A DNA stretch of 64,000 nt from Hyphomicrobiales bacterium. Its GTDB lineage: Bacteria; Pseudomonadota; Alphaproteobacteria; Rhizobiales; JAJFHR01. Location: assembly GCA_021775475.1 (NCBI GenBank), contig JAJFHS010000053.1, positions 172,271-236,270 on the forward strand, given 5' to 3'. The notes below the pieces were generated by a model. It saw only the letters and a program-made list of their open reading frames with translations, was not told where the DNA came from and searched no databases. This document shows positions 38,794 through 47,931 of this stretch, in pieces (position 1 is the stretch's first letter; the number at the start of each line of letters is the position of its first letter). The translations under genes and the position numbers were made by a program.

Positions 38794-39824
38794 TCTACGC
38801 CTTCGCACAACTCATTAATCAGAGTTTGGTTTTTCTCGATTTCAGCGTCAAAAAACTGACGCGAACGTTTAGCACTCATTTCACGTGCCTGCCTATAATA
38901 CTGGATCATTTTTTCTTTGTTTTTTTCCCGCGTTGCGGTATCGGCAGCCAAAACCAGCGCCATTTGAATTTCTGGTTGAACAATGTCCCTTTGAGTTTTC
39001 GATAAGGATGCCAGCATGACAAGAACGTGCCTGCGCATTTCAGGATACCTCGTATAGATCTTCCTTAAATCAGCTGCAACCGGCATGACGCATGCGCCTT
39101 CCCAATCAACAATAAAAAGCTTTCCCTGGGTGTTTCTCATCATATTATCAGGGCTCAAATCACCATGGCAAAAGGCAATTGGCCATTGTGCCGTTATCCA
39201 GTAATCAGAAGCAAATCCACGCCCGCTGTCGGGCAGATAATGGAGAATTTCAGATACATTAAATCCGCAGAACTTTCGGCTGAAGACCCTGTGGTGTCTG
39301 CAGGTAGAAAGATAGAACTCCAGCGCATGTTCGCGAATAAACTCTTCAGCCGCTGGCCTGCCACCTTTGGCCTGAACAATCATGTCCTCGGTTATCCAGC
39401 AACCGTTCCTGCGATCATAGCGCTTGATATCGGGCACACCAAACGATGGTCGCAAAGCCCCTGCTAATAACCTCCTGGCCTTGATTTCCCGACGCAGGCA
39501 CCCGGCCCGGCTGAGACCGACGAGAGCGATCTTAATCGTCAGTTTCTGGTCTTTTCCGCACCCCAAAACGCGTAGATTGTTCTTGACCCGGATTGAATTT
39601 GCCATAAATGGCAACCCGACATATGCCCGGGGCCAGCGACGCGGCCGCAACAGGTTTTCAAGAAAAGATTGGGTTACCCCTCCTCCCTTCACCGGCAGCA
39701 AATACTGGCCGCAGAGGAGATAACCATATTTGTTTTCCAGTCCTTCACCAAAAAAATGCTTCGAAAAATCAGTCAGAGCATCCGTAATCTGGCTAAATTC
39801 ACGTTCGCGAACCTTTACCACCAA
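38790..39824 (-). CDS. aminoglycoside/choline-kinase-fold phosphotransferase
   Basis: Brenner motif CHGDLSPDNMM followed by FIVDWEG (metal-binding D). TTG start with a GGGAG SD 6 nt upstream. Confidence 0.7.
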   Translation of the reverse strand: MVVKVREREFSQITDALTDFSKHFFGEGLENKYGYLLCGQYLLPVKGGGVTQSFLENLLRPRRWPRAYVGLPFMANSIRVKNNLRVLGCGKDQKLTIKIALVGLSRAGCLRREIKARRLLAGALRPSFGVPDIKRYDRRNGCWITEDMIVQAKGGRPAAEEFIREHALEFYLSTCRHHRVFSRKFCGFNVSEILHYLPDSGRGFASDYWITAQWPIAFCHGDLSPDNMMRNTQGKLFIVDWEGACVMPVAADLRKIYTRYPEMRRHVLVMLASLSKTQRDIVQPEIQMALVLAADTATREKNKEKMIQYYRQAREMSAKRSRQFFDAEIEKNQTLINELCEGVE

Positions 39825-39906
39825 ATTTTACTCCCGGATTTACAAAATTTTTCAACTGAAAGATCATCTGATAACAGATTGATGGCTTGAATAACAGCAA
39901 AACGCG

Positions 39907-40716
39907 TCAGGAAACTTCTTGCTCCAGCAACCACTTGTTATCAAGGCAAAATTCAAGTTGCAACCTGTTGTATTTTCCCAGTGCGGTTTCCTGAAGTTCA
40001 AAATAATGTACGTCACTTGCCTCATCGTGGCGGTAGGCCCATCGGCGTTGAAAATTTGCCCGAAGGAAACGTGCGTTAGCCGTCCGGCCATCCACAATAA
40101 TCAGAGTGCCGGGTAGAAAAAAGTGTTCAATTTTCAACAGATCACAAGACATCGGCAATCGGTCTGGATGTGCTGTTGTTATGCCATTGACTGTTCCGGT
40201 GGCCGCATGCTGTGACGGGCCGTCGAGATAGACCAGATCCGGGCAGATGTTGGGTAATTCTTCATATTCGGTGCAGGTGCGCGCGTTGAACTGCGTCATG
40301 TTGACGGCATTTTTGTGGAAATGTGCAAATTTGCGCAACTCCTCAGGTGTACGTTCAGCCGCGAGCTTGATGTAATCCTCCATATCATCAACACTATGCG
40401 CTTCAAAACAGTCGTGCCGGCGCAGATTTTCACGCACAAACTCACCATGTTCGAGCGAATTTATCTGGAGCGCATGAGCAAAAATCAGTGACGAATAGCC
40501 ACAGCCAAATTCTAAAACCGTCATCACCTTGCGGCCAAGGCACAGGCGGTGCAATCGTACCAAATCGTGGATTTTTGGTGCAAATGGATCGGTAAAATCA
40601 GCATCCACAGAACCAGACACGCCGGTGTCTTGGCTTATCGAAAAATCGATGAGCCTGTCTATGCCGTATTTTCGAGCATAATCTTCATCGGATAATTCAA
40701 CATCTTCATTGATCAT
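39907..40716 (-). CDS. class I SAM-dependent methyltransferase
   Basis: Motif I VLEFGCGYSSLIFA. Later VYLDGP acidic motif. 269 aa. Confidence 0.7.
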   Translation of the reverse strand: MINEDVELSDEDYARKYGIDRLIDFSISQDTGVSGSVDADFTDPFAPKIHDLVRLHRLCLGRKVMTVLEFGCGYSSLIFAHALQINSLEHGEFVRENLRRHDCFEAHSVDDMEDYIKLAAERTPEELRKFAHFHKNAVNMTQFNARTCTEYEELPNICPDLVYLDGPSQHAATGTVNGITTAHPDRLPMSCDLLKIEHFFLPGTLIIVDGRTANARFLRANFQRRWAYRHDEASDVHYFELQETALGKYNRLQLEFCLDNKWLLEQEVS

Positions 40717-40938
40717 TCTTGAACCCCCACCCTTGTTTCCAAAGGTGTTCTACGGTAATTTCATTTTGGCAGCGATGAGTGTTATCACGGGAAATACAGC
40801 CTCGCAATTAATTCTGTCAGTGAAATTTCGATAGTAGCAGATTTGACCATCGTCAATGCGTCGACAAAAGTTAAGTGGGAAAATCCACCGGTAAAGTATA
40901 TACGTAATACCAGATCAATTTTAAGCAGATGAGTTCAC

Positions 40939-41835
40939 ATGAAGAACACAGTATTCATTCACACCAATGCCAAGCAAATTGCCGGAGCTGTGGTTTCTGC
41001 CCACTCCTTAAAGCGTAACTCCGCTGATCCCGACGCCTTTGAGGTTAAAATTCTCAAAGTCGAGGACTATGATTTTTTTAAAGCCTACGAGGGCCGCAAA
41101 TTTCTGCGCGCCAAAGGCTGGCGCACCTGGAAGAATGATGATCTGCAGTCCTTCACGCCAACACGCTTCATGCCCCCCGAACTCATGGGCTATAAAGGCC
41201 GCGCGATAGTTATTGATCCCGATGTTTTTGCCGTTGGCGACATTAATGAGCTGTTTGAAAAAGACATGGGCGGCGCTGCAATCGGTGCCAAACCACGCCC
41301 CGGCCACAATGGCAGGGCGGATTATGTCGCCAGCAGTGTGATGTTGCTGGAATGCGAAAAGCTGCAACACTGGAAAGTAAAAGAGCAGTTTGATGCCATG
41401 TTTGAGGGCGCATTTGATTATGACGACTGGATTACCCTCACAACTGAGCCCAAAGGCAGCATCTGTCATCTCGAAACCATTTGGAATGATTTTGACAATC
41501 TGACATCGCAAACACGACTTCTACACAACACCAAAAGACGCACGCAGCCATGGAAGACCGGTTTGCCAATCGATTTCCGCAACCGCATCCCGCTGATTTC
41601 AAAATTCCTGCCCGAAAACGGCATCGTCCTGCCCGGACGCTACAAAAAACATCCCGATCCGCGCCAGGAAGCCCTGTTCTTTTCCCTGCTGAAAGAATGT
41701 CTGGACAAAAAGCTGATCAGCGAAGGTGAAATCAAACACGAAATGGCCTCAAACCACGTCCGCCATGATGCCCTGGAAGTCATGGCAAGGGTTCCCGACG
41801 TCGACAGCATTTTGAACCGACAAGTTGCCGCCTGA
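40939..41835 (+). CDS. GT8-like nucleotide-diphospho-sugar transferase (putative glycosyltransferase)
   Basis: RFMPPELMGYKGRAIVIDPDVFAVGDINELF resembles the GT8 DxD region. SSVMLLECEKL follows it. Confidence 0.5.
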   Translation: MKNTVFIHTNAKQIAGAVVSAHSLKRNSADPDAFEVKILKVEDYDFFKAYEGRKFLRAKGWRTWKNDDLQSFTPTRFMPPELMGYKGRAIVIDPDVFAVGDINELFEKDMGGAAIGAKPRPGHNGRADYVASSVMLLECEKLQHWKVKEQFDAMFEGAFDYDDWITLTTEPKGSICHLETIWNDFDNLTSQTRLLHNTKRRTQPWKTGLPIDFRNRIPLISKFLPENGIVLPGRYKKHPDPRQEALFFSLLKECLDKKLISEGEIKHEMASNHVRHDALEVMARVPDVDSILNRQVAA

Positions 41836-41858
41836 ATTTGAGCGTTTAAATATCGCTT

Positions 41859-42137
41859 ATGACCGGAATTACTGATTTATTTAACTGGCAGAAAGATATT
41901 GGCGATAGGCTTCAGGTGCGCGTTACACCCAAGGCCTCATCAAATAGAATTAAGGTTGAATATCAGGAGGATGGCTCGCAGTTGATACGCGTTTATGTGA
42001 CGACTGTGCCAGAGGATGGCAAGGCCAATAAAGCCGTTATCAAACTGCTTGCCAAAGAGCTTGGCATTGCTAAATCCGCCTTCACCATCACGGTTGGTTT
42101 AACCAATCGCAACAAAATCATTCGTATTGATCGATAA
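41859..42137 (+). CDS. DUF167 (YggU) family protein
   Basis: VRVTPKASSNRI ... VYVTTVPEDGKANKAVIKLLAKELGI. 92 aa. Confidence 0.85.
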   Translation: MTGITDLFNWQKDIGDRLQVRVTPKASSNRIKVEYQEDGSQLIRVYVTTVPEDGKANKAVIKLLAKELGIAKSAFTITVGLTNRNKIIRIDR

Positions 42138-42195
42138 TCTCACCTTCTATCAAAACCCGCAACCATCGGCTCGGGCGCCGCTCAAAAATACTTCC

Positions 42196-43524
42196 CTACT
42201 TCTCCTCGATAGAAAAAATCCGGTCGGACAGTTCCGTTACCCGGGGTAGCGGCATTTCCAGCCGTTCGGCAAACTCGGCCATTCTGGTAGAAATTTCATG
42301 TGCCGAAATTGGTGGAAATTTATGGTCGATATAATCTGTGTGAGCCAGTGAAGACTTGTCCAGCTTTCGCAAGCTGCGCTCACACCCGCGCCATAAAGAC
42401 CGCGTTTGCCCGGCCAGCCGGGAAATACGGCCCACCGGCTCACGCTCAGGCAGGGCGCTGATGACATCGATAATGCGCTGCGAACTGGTTGGCCCCTGCA
42501 GGCCGGACACCAGATTGGCCAACTCGGCATCTATGATTTCATTACCTGAATGCGGGTTTTCAATCGCGGCAAACAGCCGTATCTTGTCTTCGGCCAGAAT
42601 TGACACTTTCAACGGTTGACGAATTTCAAATTCTCCCCCGTTTACGGGTCGATACATGATGGCAGGCCGGGCGAGGATGGCCGTTTCAAGCGCTGTGGTG
42701 CAACCATTGTGAATGACCGCATCGGCTGCCATCAGCCACGGAATTAATTCAGCATCATATTTGACTAAAATATTATCCAGCCCCTTTGACGCCTCAATCC
42801 ACGCTGCGGGGTTTTCGGAAGGATGGGGGCGGATGACAATCTGCCGGTCGGGAAACCGGGCTGAAAGTGCGGGCAGCAGTTTGACAAATGCCCGGTATAC
42901 AGCATAGCGAAACTTGAAAAACTCTTCGGGAAATTGATAAGTTCGGGCCAGCTTGCCAAGTTCGGCATCGGTTTTTTCGCCATCACCATTACTTTGTGTC
43001 AAAGCAAAATTGAGAATGCCGAAGTTTGAATTGATAAGGATAAAATTACCGTATTTTTCTTGCAGTTTATCAGCAGCCGGGCGGTAAATTTCGCGCAACG
43101 GCGGGCGCAAAAGGTCCGCGCGCGGATTTCCGGCAGCAACAATATTGGGGCCAGACTGACCTGCCACACTAGCCAAAACTTCGGCATGTTCCGCCCCCCA
43201 GGCAAAAATCGTATCCATATAACCCATGGCCTCGACATCAGCGCGGCGGTGGCGATAGCTGTCTTCATCGAGCCACACAAGGCCCTCTTCATCAACACCG
43301 ACAATACGATGGCCAAGCTGGCGCATGATACGTAAAAAGCGACGCCTTTTGCGGGTGAAATTATGGGTAAAAAAAACACCTGGCTCGAACCTGTGCATGA
43401 CGTTACTCATCATCGAGCGATTGCCCAACACCACTTTGTACCCGCGCGCGTTGGCACGAAGGGCGAGCAGCAGCTTGCCATCAAGCTCTCGGGCAGCGGT
43501 TTCAACAGGAATATAAAGGTTCAT
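42196..43524 (-). CDS. surface carbohydrate biosynthesis protein (TIGRFAMs family of that name, recalled as TIGR04396, unverified)
   Basis: N-terminus LYIPVETAARELDGKLLLAL, typical of that family. Start moved to ATG 43524. Confidence 0.5.
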   Translation of the reverse strand: MNLYIPVETAARELDGKLLLALRANARGYKVVLGNRSMMSNVMHRFEPGVFFTHNFTRKRRRFLRIMRQLGHRIVGVDEEGLVWLDEDSYRHRRADVEAMGYMDTIFAWGAEHAEVLASVAGQSGPNIVAAGNPRADLLRPPLREIYRPAADKLQEKYGNFILINSNFGILNFALTQSNGDGEKTDAELGKLARTYQFPEEFFKFRYAVYRAFVKLLPALSARFPDRQIVIRPHPSENPAAWIEASKGLDNILVKYDAELIPWLMAADAVIHNGCTTALETAILARPAIMYRPVNGGEFEIRQPLKVSILAEDKIRLFAAIENPHSGNEIIDAELANLVSGLQGPTSSQRIIDVISALPEREPVGRISRLAGQTRSLWRGCERSLRKLDKSSLAHTDYIDHKFPPISAHEISTRMAEFAERLEMPLPRVTELSDRIFSIEEK

Positions 43525-43706
43525 CAAAGAGGCCGAATTTGAGTTAAAATTATTGTCGGCAAAGTGGAGCGCTGCTGTTAGCACAGCTATGCAAAAAATG
43601 AAAGTCGACGCCTCAAACTCTGTGCCCGATGGGTTTGGTTAATTATTTTTTAGCCAAAACAATACACAGTCTGTTATTCATATTCGTCTTGAAGATGAGG
43701 ATCTAA

Positions 43707-43910
43707 ATGAGCTCGGTTTCCGCCGCATTGTCATCAATTGCCGCACAACAGGTGCAGACACAAGGTTCACTGGCAGCAGTATTTGCCAAGCAACAGGCCC
43801 AGGAAGACGCGGCTTTGGTTGCACTTCTACAAGACGGGGCGAAAAACATTGAAAAAACCTCCAGCACACCGCCCCCCGGCCTCGGCCAGATCGTCGATGT
43901 CAGTGCCTAA
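43707..43910 (+). CDS. YjfB-like small protein (the 'putative motility protein' family)
   Basis: 67 aa. Ala/Gln-rich helix (SSIAAQQVQTQGSLAAVFAKQQAQEDAALVALLQ) and C-terminal PGLGQIVDVSA match the YjfB pattern. GAGGA SD 6 nt upstream. Confidence 0.6.
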   Translation: MSSVSAALSSIAAQQVQTQGSLAAVFAKQQAQEDAALVALLQDGAKNIEKTSSTPPPGLGQIVDVSA

Positions 43911-44565
43911 ATTACTATCCTTGTGTTTTTTAGCTTTAGTGGCTCTTTTCTCGATGCCGGCAAAAGTCATTGCACAAGGCACGCCGGGAAATTTCGATTA
44001 TTATACCCTGACGCTGTCCTGGAGCCCCAGTTTTTGCACAACTCCAGCGGGCCGCAATTCTCCACAACAATGCGGCAAACAACGCCGCTATGCCTTTGTC
44101 GTACACGGACTGTGGCCGCAATATAATCGCGGCTGGCCACAGTTTTGCGCTCAAAGAGCACCATATCTCGCCAACAGTTTAATCCGTTCGTACTACGACA
44201 TTATACCGTCCAAACGCCTGATTATCCATCAATGGAAAAAACACGGCACCTGTTCGGGGTTAAGAGCAGAAAACTACTTCTCCTTAACCCGCACACTGTT
44301 TGATAAAATAAAAATCCCGGCACGCTACCTTAAACCCAGCAAAACCATCCTCACCACACCGGCACAGGTGATTGAGGACTTTCTTAAAACCAACAGAAAT
44401 CTGCAACGCAATATGATTTCTATTCAATGCGGTAACAACACCAGAAGGGCACGGTTGTCCGAACTCAGAATTTGCTTTGGCCGCGACGGTAAGTTAACCA
44501 GATGCGGCAAAAATGAAAACAGGCAATGCCGCGCCCGCCAGCTGGTACTACCGCCAGTTAGGTAG
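43897..44565 (+). CDS. ribonuclease T2 family (periplasmic RNase I-like)
   Basis: Signal peptide MSVPKLLSLCFLALVALFSMPAKVIA. CAS I FVVHGLWPQ and CAS II WKKHGTCSG motifs. Start moved from 43738 to ATG 43897, overlapping the YjfB-like ORF by 14 nt. Confidence 0.85.
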   Translation: MSVPKLLSLCFLALVALFSMPAKVIAQGTPGNFDYYTLTLSWSPSFCTTPAGRNSPQQCGKQRRYAFVVHGLWPQYNRGWPQFCAQRAPYLANSLIRSYYDIIPSKRLIIHQWKKHGTCSGLRAENYFSLTRTLFDKIKIPARYLKPSKTILTTPAQVIEDFLKTNRNLQRNMISIQCGNNTRRARLSELRICFGRDGKLTRCGKNENRQCRARQLVLPPVR

Positions 44566-45805
44566 AGCCGGTTTTCTTCCTGTTATTTCGCGCCCGTTTG
44601 CCGAGGCCGAAAATTGCTGGCGACGTGCGCATGAAGGCGACAAACGATTTACGCTTGGCCAGCGGCACACTTGGCCGCACCATCATACGCGCCAGCACAA
44701 AGACGAGCAGGGCTGAATGAATTACGGTGGTATAGGTAAAGACTGCGGCAGGACCGTATCTTTCCATCACCAAAGATGCTGCAAACGGCCCAATCGCTGC
44801 CCCGATGGCAAACAGGAATAACAACCCGGCAGCAACATCAATAAAATCTCCCGACTTAGCGAAATCATTGGCATGCGCAATCGAAAGTGAATAAAGCGGC
44901 AGGGCGAAGGCGCCAAACAGGAATGATCCGGCATAAATAAGGTTTGGATCCTCGCCGGAAAGCGTGCTCAAAAACACACCCGCCACCGCCGCCCCCAACG
45001 TTGCCCCGATCATCACCCAGCGCCGGTCATAACGATCAGACAACCAGCCCATTGGTATTGGCATAATCGCACCGCCAACAATACCGGCACTCATAAACAA
45101 GGCAACCTGCAATACATCAAAGCCCAGTTCATCGGCATAAAGCGGGCCAATGATACGAAAGGCAGAATTGGTCAGGCCAATGGTCAACACGCCAACGGCA
45201 GCCAGCGGCGATACGCCCCAGATCATGGTGAGTTTTATGTCATGGGCTTTTGGCGGTTTGGGGCTGGGACTGCGCGACAACGCAACCGGCACCAGGGCAA
45301 GACAGAAGAAAATAGCCACCAGGATAAAAATTTCTGGTCCTTGTGGTCCGACAATCGGCAGTAAAAACTGCCCCCCGGTAACGGCTGCCAGATCAACCGT
45401 GCGATAAAGACCTAAAACCCGTCCGCGACCTTTGGAGCCGGCTCGTTCATTGAGCCAGCTTTCGGTCACCATCGACAATCCGGCAAACACCACCCCCATG
45501 ACGAAACGAATTGCCATCCAAGACACTTCGCCCACCAGAAGCGCCATCGACAAGGCACCCACAGCACCAACAGCTGCAAAGGCTGCATAGACCCTTATGT
45601 ATCCAACAGCGGCAATAAGCGGTGGTGCATAGCGGCATCCGAGCATAAAACCGAGATAGTAAGTGGCACCGATAAGCCCGATAATCGCTGGCGAAAACCC
45701 TTCCATATCTGCACGAATGGTTATCAATGTGCCCTGAAGCCCATTGCCCGCAAGTAAAATGCCTGATGAAATAAGAACAGGTGCCAGTTGCTTTAGATTG
45801 CGCAT
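44558..45805 (-). CDS. MFS transporter
   Basis: 415 aa, 12 predicted TM segments. GRVLGLYR-type loop motif between TM2 and TM3. Confidence 0.85.
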   Translation of the reverse strand: MRNLKQLAPVLISSGILLAGNGLQGTLITIRADMEGFSPAIIGLIGATYYLGFMLGCRYAPPLIAAVGYIRVYAAFAAVGAVGALSMALLVGEVSWMAIRFVMGVVFAGLSMVTESWLNERAGSKGRGRVLGLYRTVDLAAVTGGQFLLPIVGPQGPEIFILVAIFFCLALVPVALSRSPSPKPPKAHDIKLTMIWGVSPLAAVGVLTIGLTNSAFRIIGPLYADELGFDVLQVALFMSAGIVGGAIMPIPMGWLSDRYDRRWVMIGATLGAAVAGVFLSTLSGEDPNLIYAGSFLFGAFALPLYSLSIAHANDFAKSGDFIDVAAGLLFLFAIGAAIGPFAASLVMERYGPAAVFTYTTVIHSALLVFVLARMMVRPSVPLAKRKSFVAFMRTSPAIFGLGKRARNNRKKTGST

Positions 45806-45962
45806 GAGAGGATCTGTGTAGTACCAAGGAAAGATTGGGCCACAATGATATAATTTGCCGCATCAGGCAAATGTTGAATGCGCAACCCTGATACCGTCAA
45901 TACGCACGGCTAGTGGATTGAATTAGACATATGGTACCCCTACGATCCAAAGGAAGTTAAAA

Positions 45963-46415
45963 TTGACATCAAAACTAACCCACACTTCCGACCCCGATGA
46001 GCACCCGATCACCTATCAGGGCATCGTTTACCCTTGGCATTGTGATCATATGGGGCATATGAATGTGATGTGGTATACGGGCAAGTTTGATGAGGCGACC
46101 TGGCACTTTTTTGCCTCTGTTGGCATCACAGCTGAATATCTGCGCAACAAGGATCGGGGCATGGCCGCCGCTGATCAGCACATCCGTTACAAGGCCGAAC
46201 TGCTGGCCGGGGACTTGATCATCGTTCGATCACAATGGCTTGAGGTCAGGGATAAATCTATACGTTTTTGCCACCGCATGTATAATTCCAACAGTGGCAT
46301 ACTGGCCGCAACTTGTGAACTCGTCGGCGTGCATACCAATGCAAAAAACCGAAGGGCACATGAATTTGACAAATCAATAATCGCTAAGGTTGAAGCCGCC
46401 CTTGCCGGGGAGTAA
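45963..46415 (+). CDS. hotdog-fold acyl-CoA thioesterase (4HBT/YbgC-like)
   Basis: YQGIVYPWHCDHMGHMNVMWYTGKFDEATWHFF. TTG start. 150 aa. Confidence 0.75.
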   Translation: MTSKLTHTSDPDEHPITYQGIVYPWHCDHMGHMNVMWYTGKFDEATWHFFASVGITAEYLRNKDRGMAAADQHIRYKAELLAGDLIIVRSQWLEVRDKSIRFCHRMYNSNSGILAATCELVGVHTNAKNRRAHEFDKSIIAKVEAALAGE

Positions 46416-46419
46416 CCCC

Positions 46420-47502
46420 ATGAAGTCACTAAAAATTCTCAGCCTTGCCGCTACCCTGATTTTATTTTCGGGACTGGGTGAGGTCAACAGTCAAACCATC
46501 CGGCAATTTAAAGACTGGCGGGCCATGTGTGATGCCAGCGGCAATTGCAAAGGTGTCGCAGTTGATACCAGACGCAATAATACCCAAGCCACATACAGAC
46601 TTGAAATTGCCCGAAAAACCGGTCGCAGTGCCTTTTGGACCATCTCTTTCGTGATTATCCGTGACGAACCCAGAACCTATGAGCCTTTCCATGTTTCGGT
46701 GGATTTCGAACCACCGCTACAGATAGAACCCGATAAGGGTTATCAGATCAGTGCCCGGTCCAATACATATGACATAATCAGCACGCTCAAGGGCAATAGC
46801 CTGATGGCTTTGTTTGCCAACGGCAATCGAGCCTTTTTTAATTTTCTCAACACCAGGGGGCAGGAAACTGCAGCCCGGTTTTCCCTCAAAGGTTTTAAAG
46901 CATCGCTCCTGTGGATTGATGAACAACAAAACCGGCTGCAATCGCCGCGCCTGACAGGTGACGTTGACGTTGCATCGCGTGAGACTGGCACCGGACAGAC
47001 CAATCCCTTCACATCGGGAAACTCAATGATACTGTCCCCGGACAGGATTCCACCAGCCATTGCCAAACTGCATTTTGCTGATGGTGAGTGTAATGCAGCC
47101 GATCGCCCACCTCTGGAAGGCTTTGGTTTTGAGACCGCTCAGATGGATAAAGATAGCACGCTTTATCTCATCCCGTGCTTTGCCGGGGCTTATAATATTG
47201 TCTACAGAGCCTACCTGAAATCAAATAACGACACCGCCCGGCAGCTTTTGTTTGCCCGGTATTCCGATGAAACGGGCTGGACCGGCACCAAAGACCTGAT
47301 GAATATTTCGTATGATGCCAAAACCGCCACCCTTGCCGCTTTTTCCAAGGCACGCGGCCTGGGAGATTGCGGCAGCACATCGCGATACAAATGGTCAGGC
47401 GACACCTTCAAAATGATGCAATACCGCTATTGGGGCAAATGTGACGGCACCAGATTGCCTGACGACTGGCCGACAATTTATCCAGCTACAAAACAAAAAT
47501 AA
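46420..47502 (+). CDS. exported DUF1176-like protein
   Basis: Signal peptide MKSLKILSLAATLILFSG. Cys-containing C-terminal block LYLIPCFAGAYNIVYRAYL, recalled as the DUF1176 signature (unverified). Confidence 0.5.
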   Translation: MKSLKILSLAATLILFSGLGEVNSQTIRQFKDWRAMCDASGNCKGVAVDTRRNNTQATYRLEIARKTGRSAFWTISFVIIRDEPRTYEPFHVSVDFEPPLQIEPDKGYQISARSNTYDIISTLKGNSLMALFANGNRAFFNFLNTRGQETAARFSLKGFKASLLWIDEQQNRLQSPRLTGDVDVASRETGTGQTNPFTSGNSMILSPDRIPPAIAKLHFADGECNAADRPPLEGFGFETAQMDKDSTLYLIPCFAGAYNIVYRAYLKSNNDTARQLLFARYSDETGWTGTKDLMNISYDAKTATLAAFSKARGLGDCGSTSRYKWSGDTFKMMQYRYWGKCDGTRLPDDWPTIYPATKQK

Positions 47503-47504
47503 TA

Positions 47505-47780
47505 CTATTTATTCAGCATTTTTTTAACAACACCGACGATAACCAGCAAGATGCCACCACCAACACCACCGGAGAGTATCTGGCCGACAATAGAGGCAAT
47601 ATCAAGCCCGCCGCCACCGCCAATTGCCAGACCGAACATGCCTAAAACCTGTGAACCCAGACCGCCACCAACAATTCCGACAACCGAGTTCCACAAGGTT
47701 CCAAGGCTATATTTTTTTAACGCCATGCCTGCGGCATTCCCGCCTATGGCACCGGCAATAAGTTGAATAATAAATCCCAT
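47505..47780 (-). CDS. GlsB/YeaQ/YmgE-family small membrane (glycine-zipper) protein
   Basis: Gly-rich TM segments (IAGAIGGNAAG ... GIVGGGLGSQVLG ... GGVGGGILLVIVG). Start moved to ATG 47780. Confidence 0.75.
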   Translation of the reverse strand: MGFIIQLIAGAIGGNAAGMALKKYSLGTLWNSVVGIVGGGLGSQVLGMFGLAIGGGGGLDIASIVGQILSGGVGGGILLVIVGVVKKMLNK

Positions 47781-47931
47781 TATCCGTTTCCTCCCAAAAA
47801 ACAAAAACATCCAAATGAACATATCCGAACCTAATCAGACCATATTCATAGGCTAGAAACTCAAATCCTATACTTGTTTTGCGCTGCGTGAAATACTATT
47901 TTCTATTTCCACAATTGTAAGGAGGCTCCCC

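Noticed and set aside
43738-43896. N-terminal 53-codon extension of the RNase T2 ORF in the track
   Set aside because: The extension is Arg/Pro/His-rich, overlaps the better-supported YjfB-like ORF in another frame, and precedes a canonical signal peptide that starts at ATG 43897.
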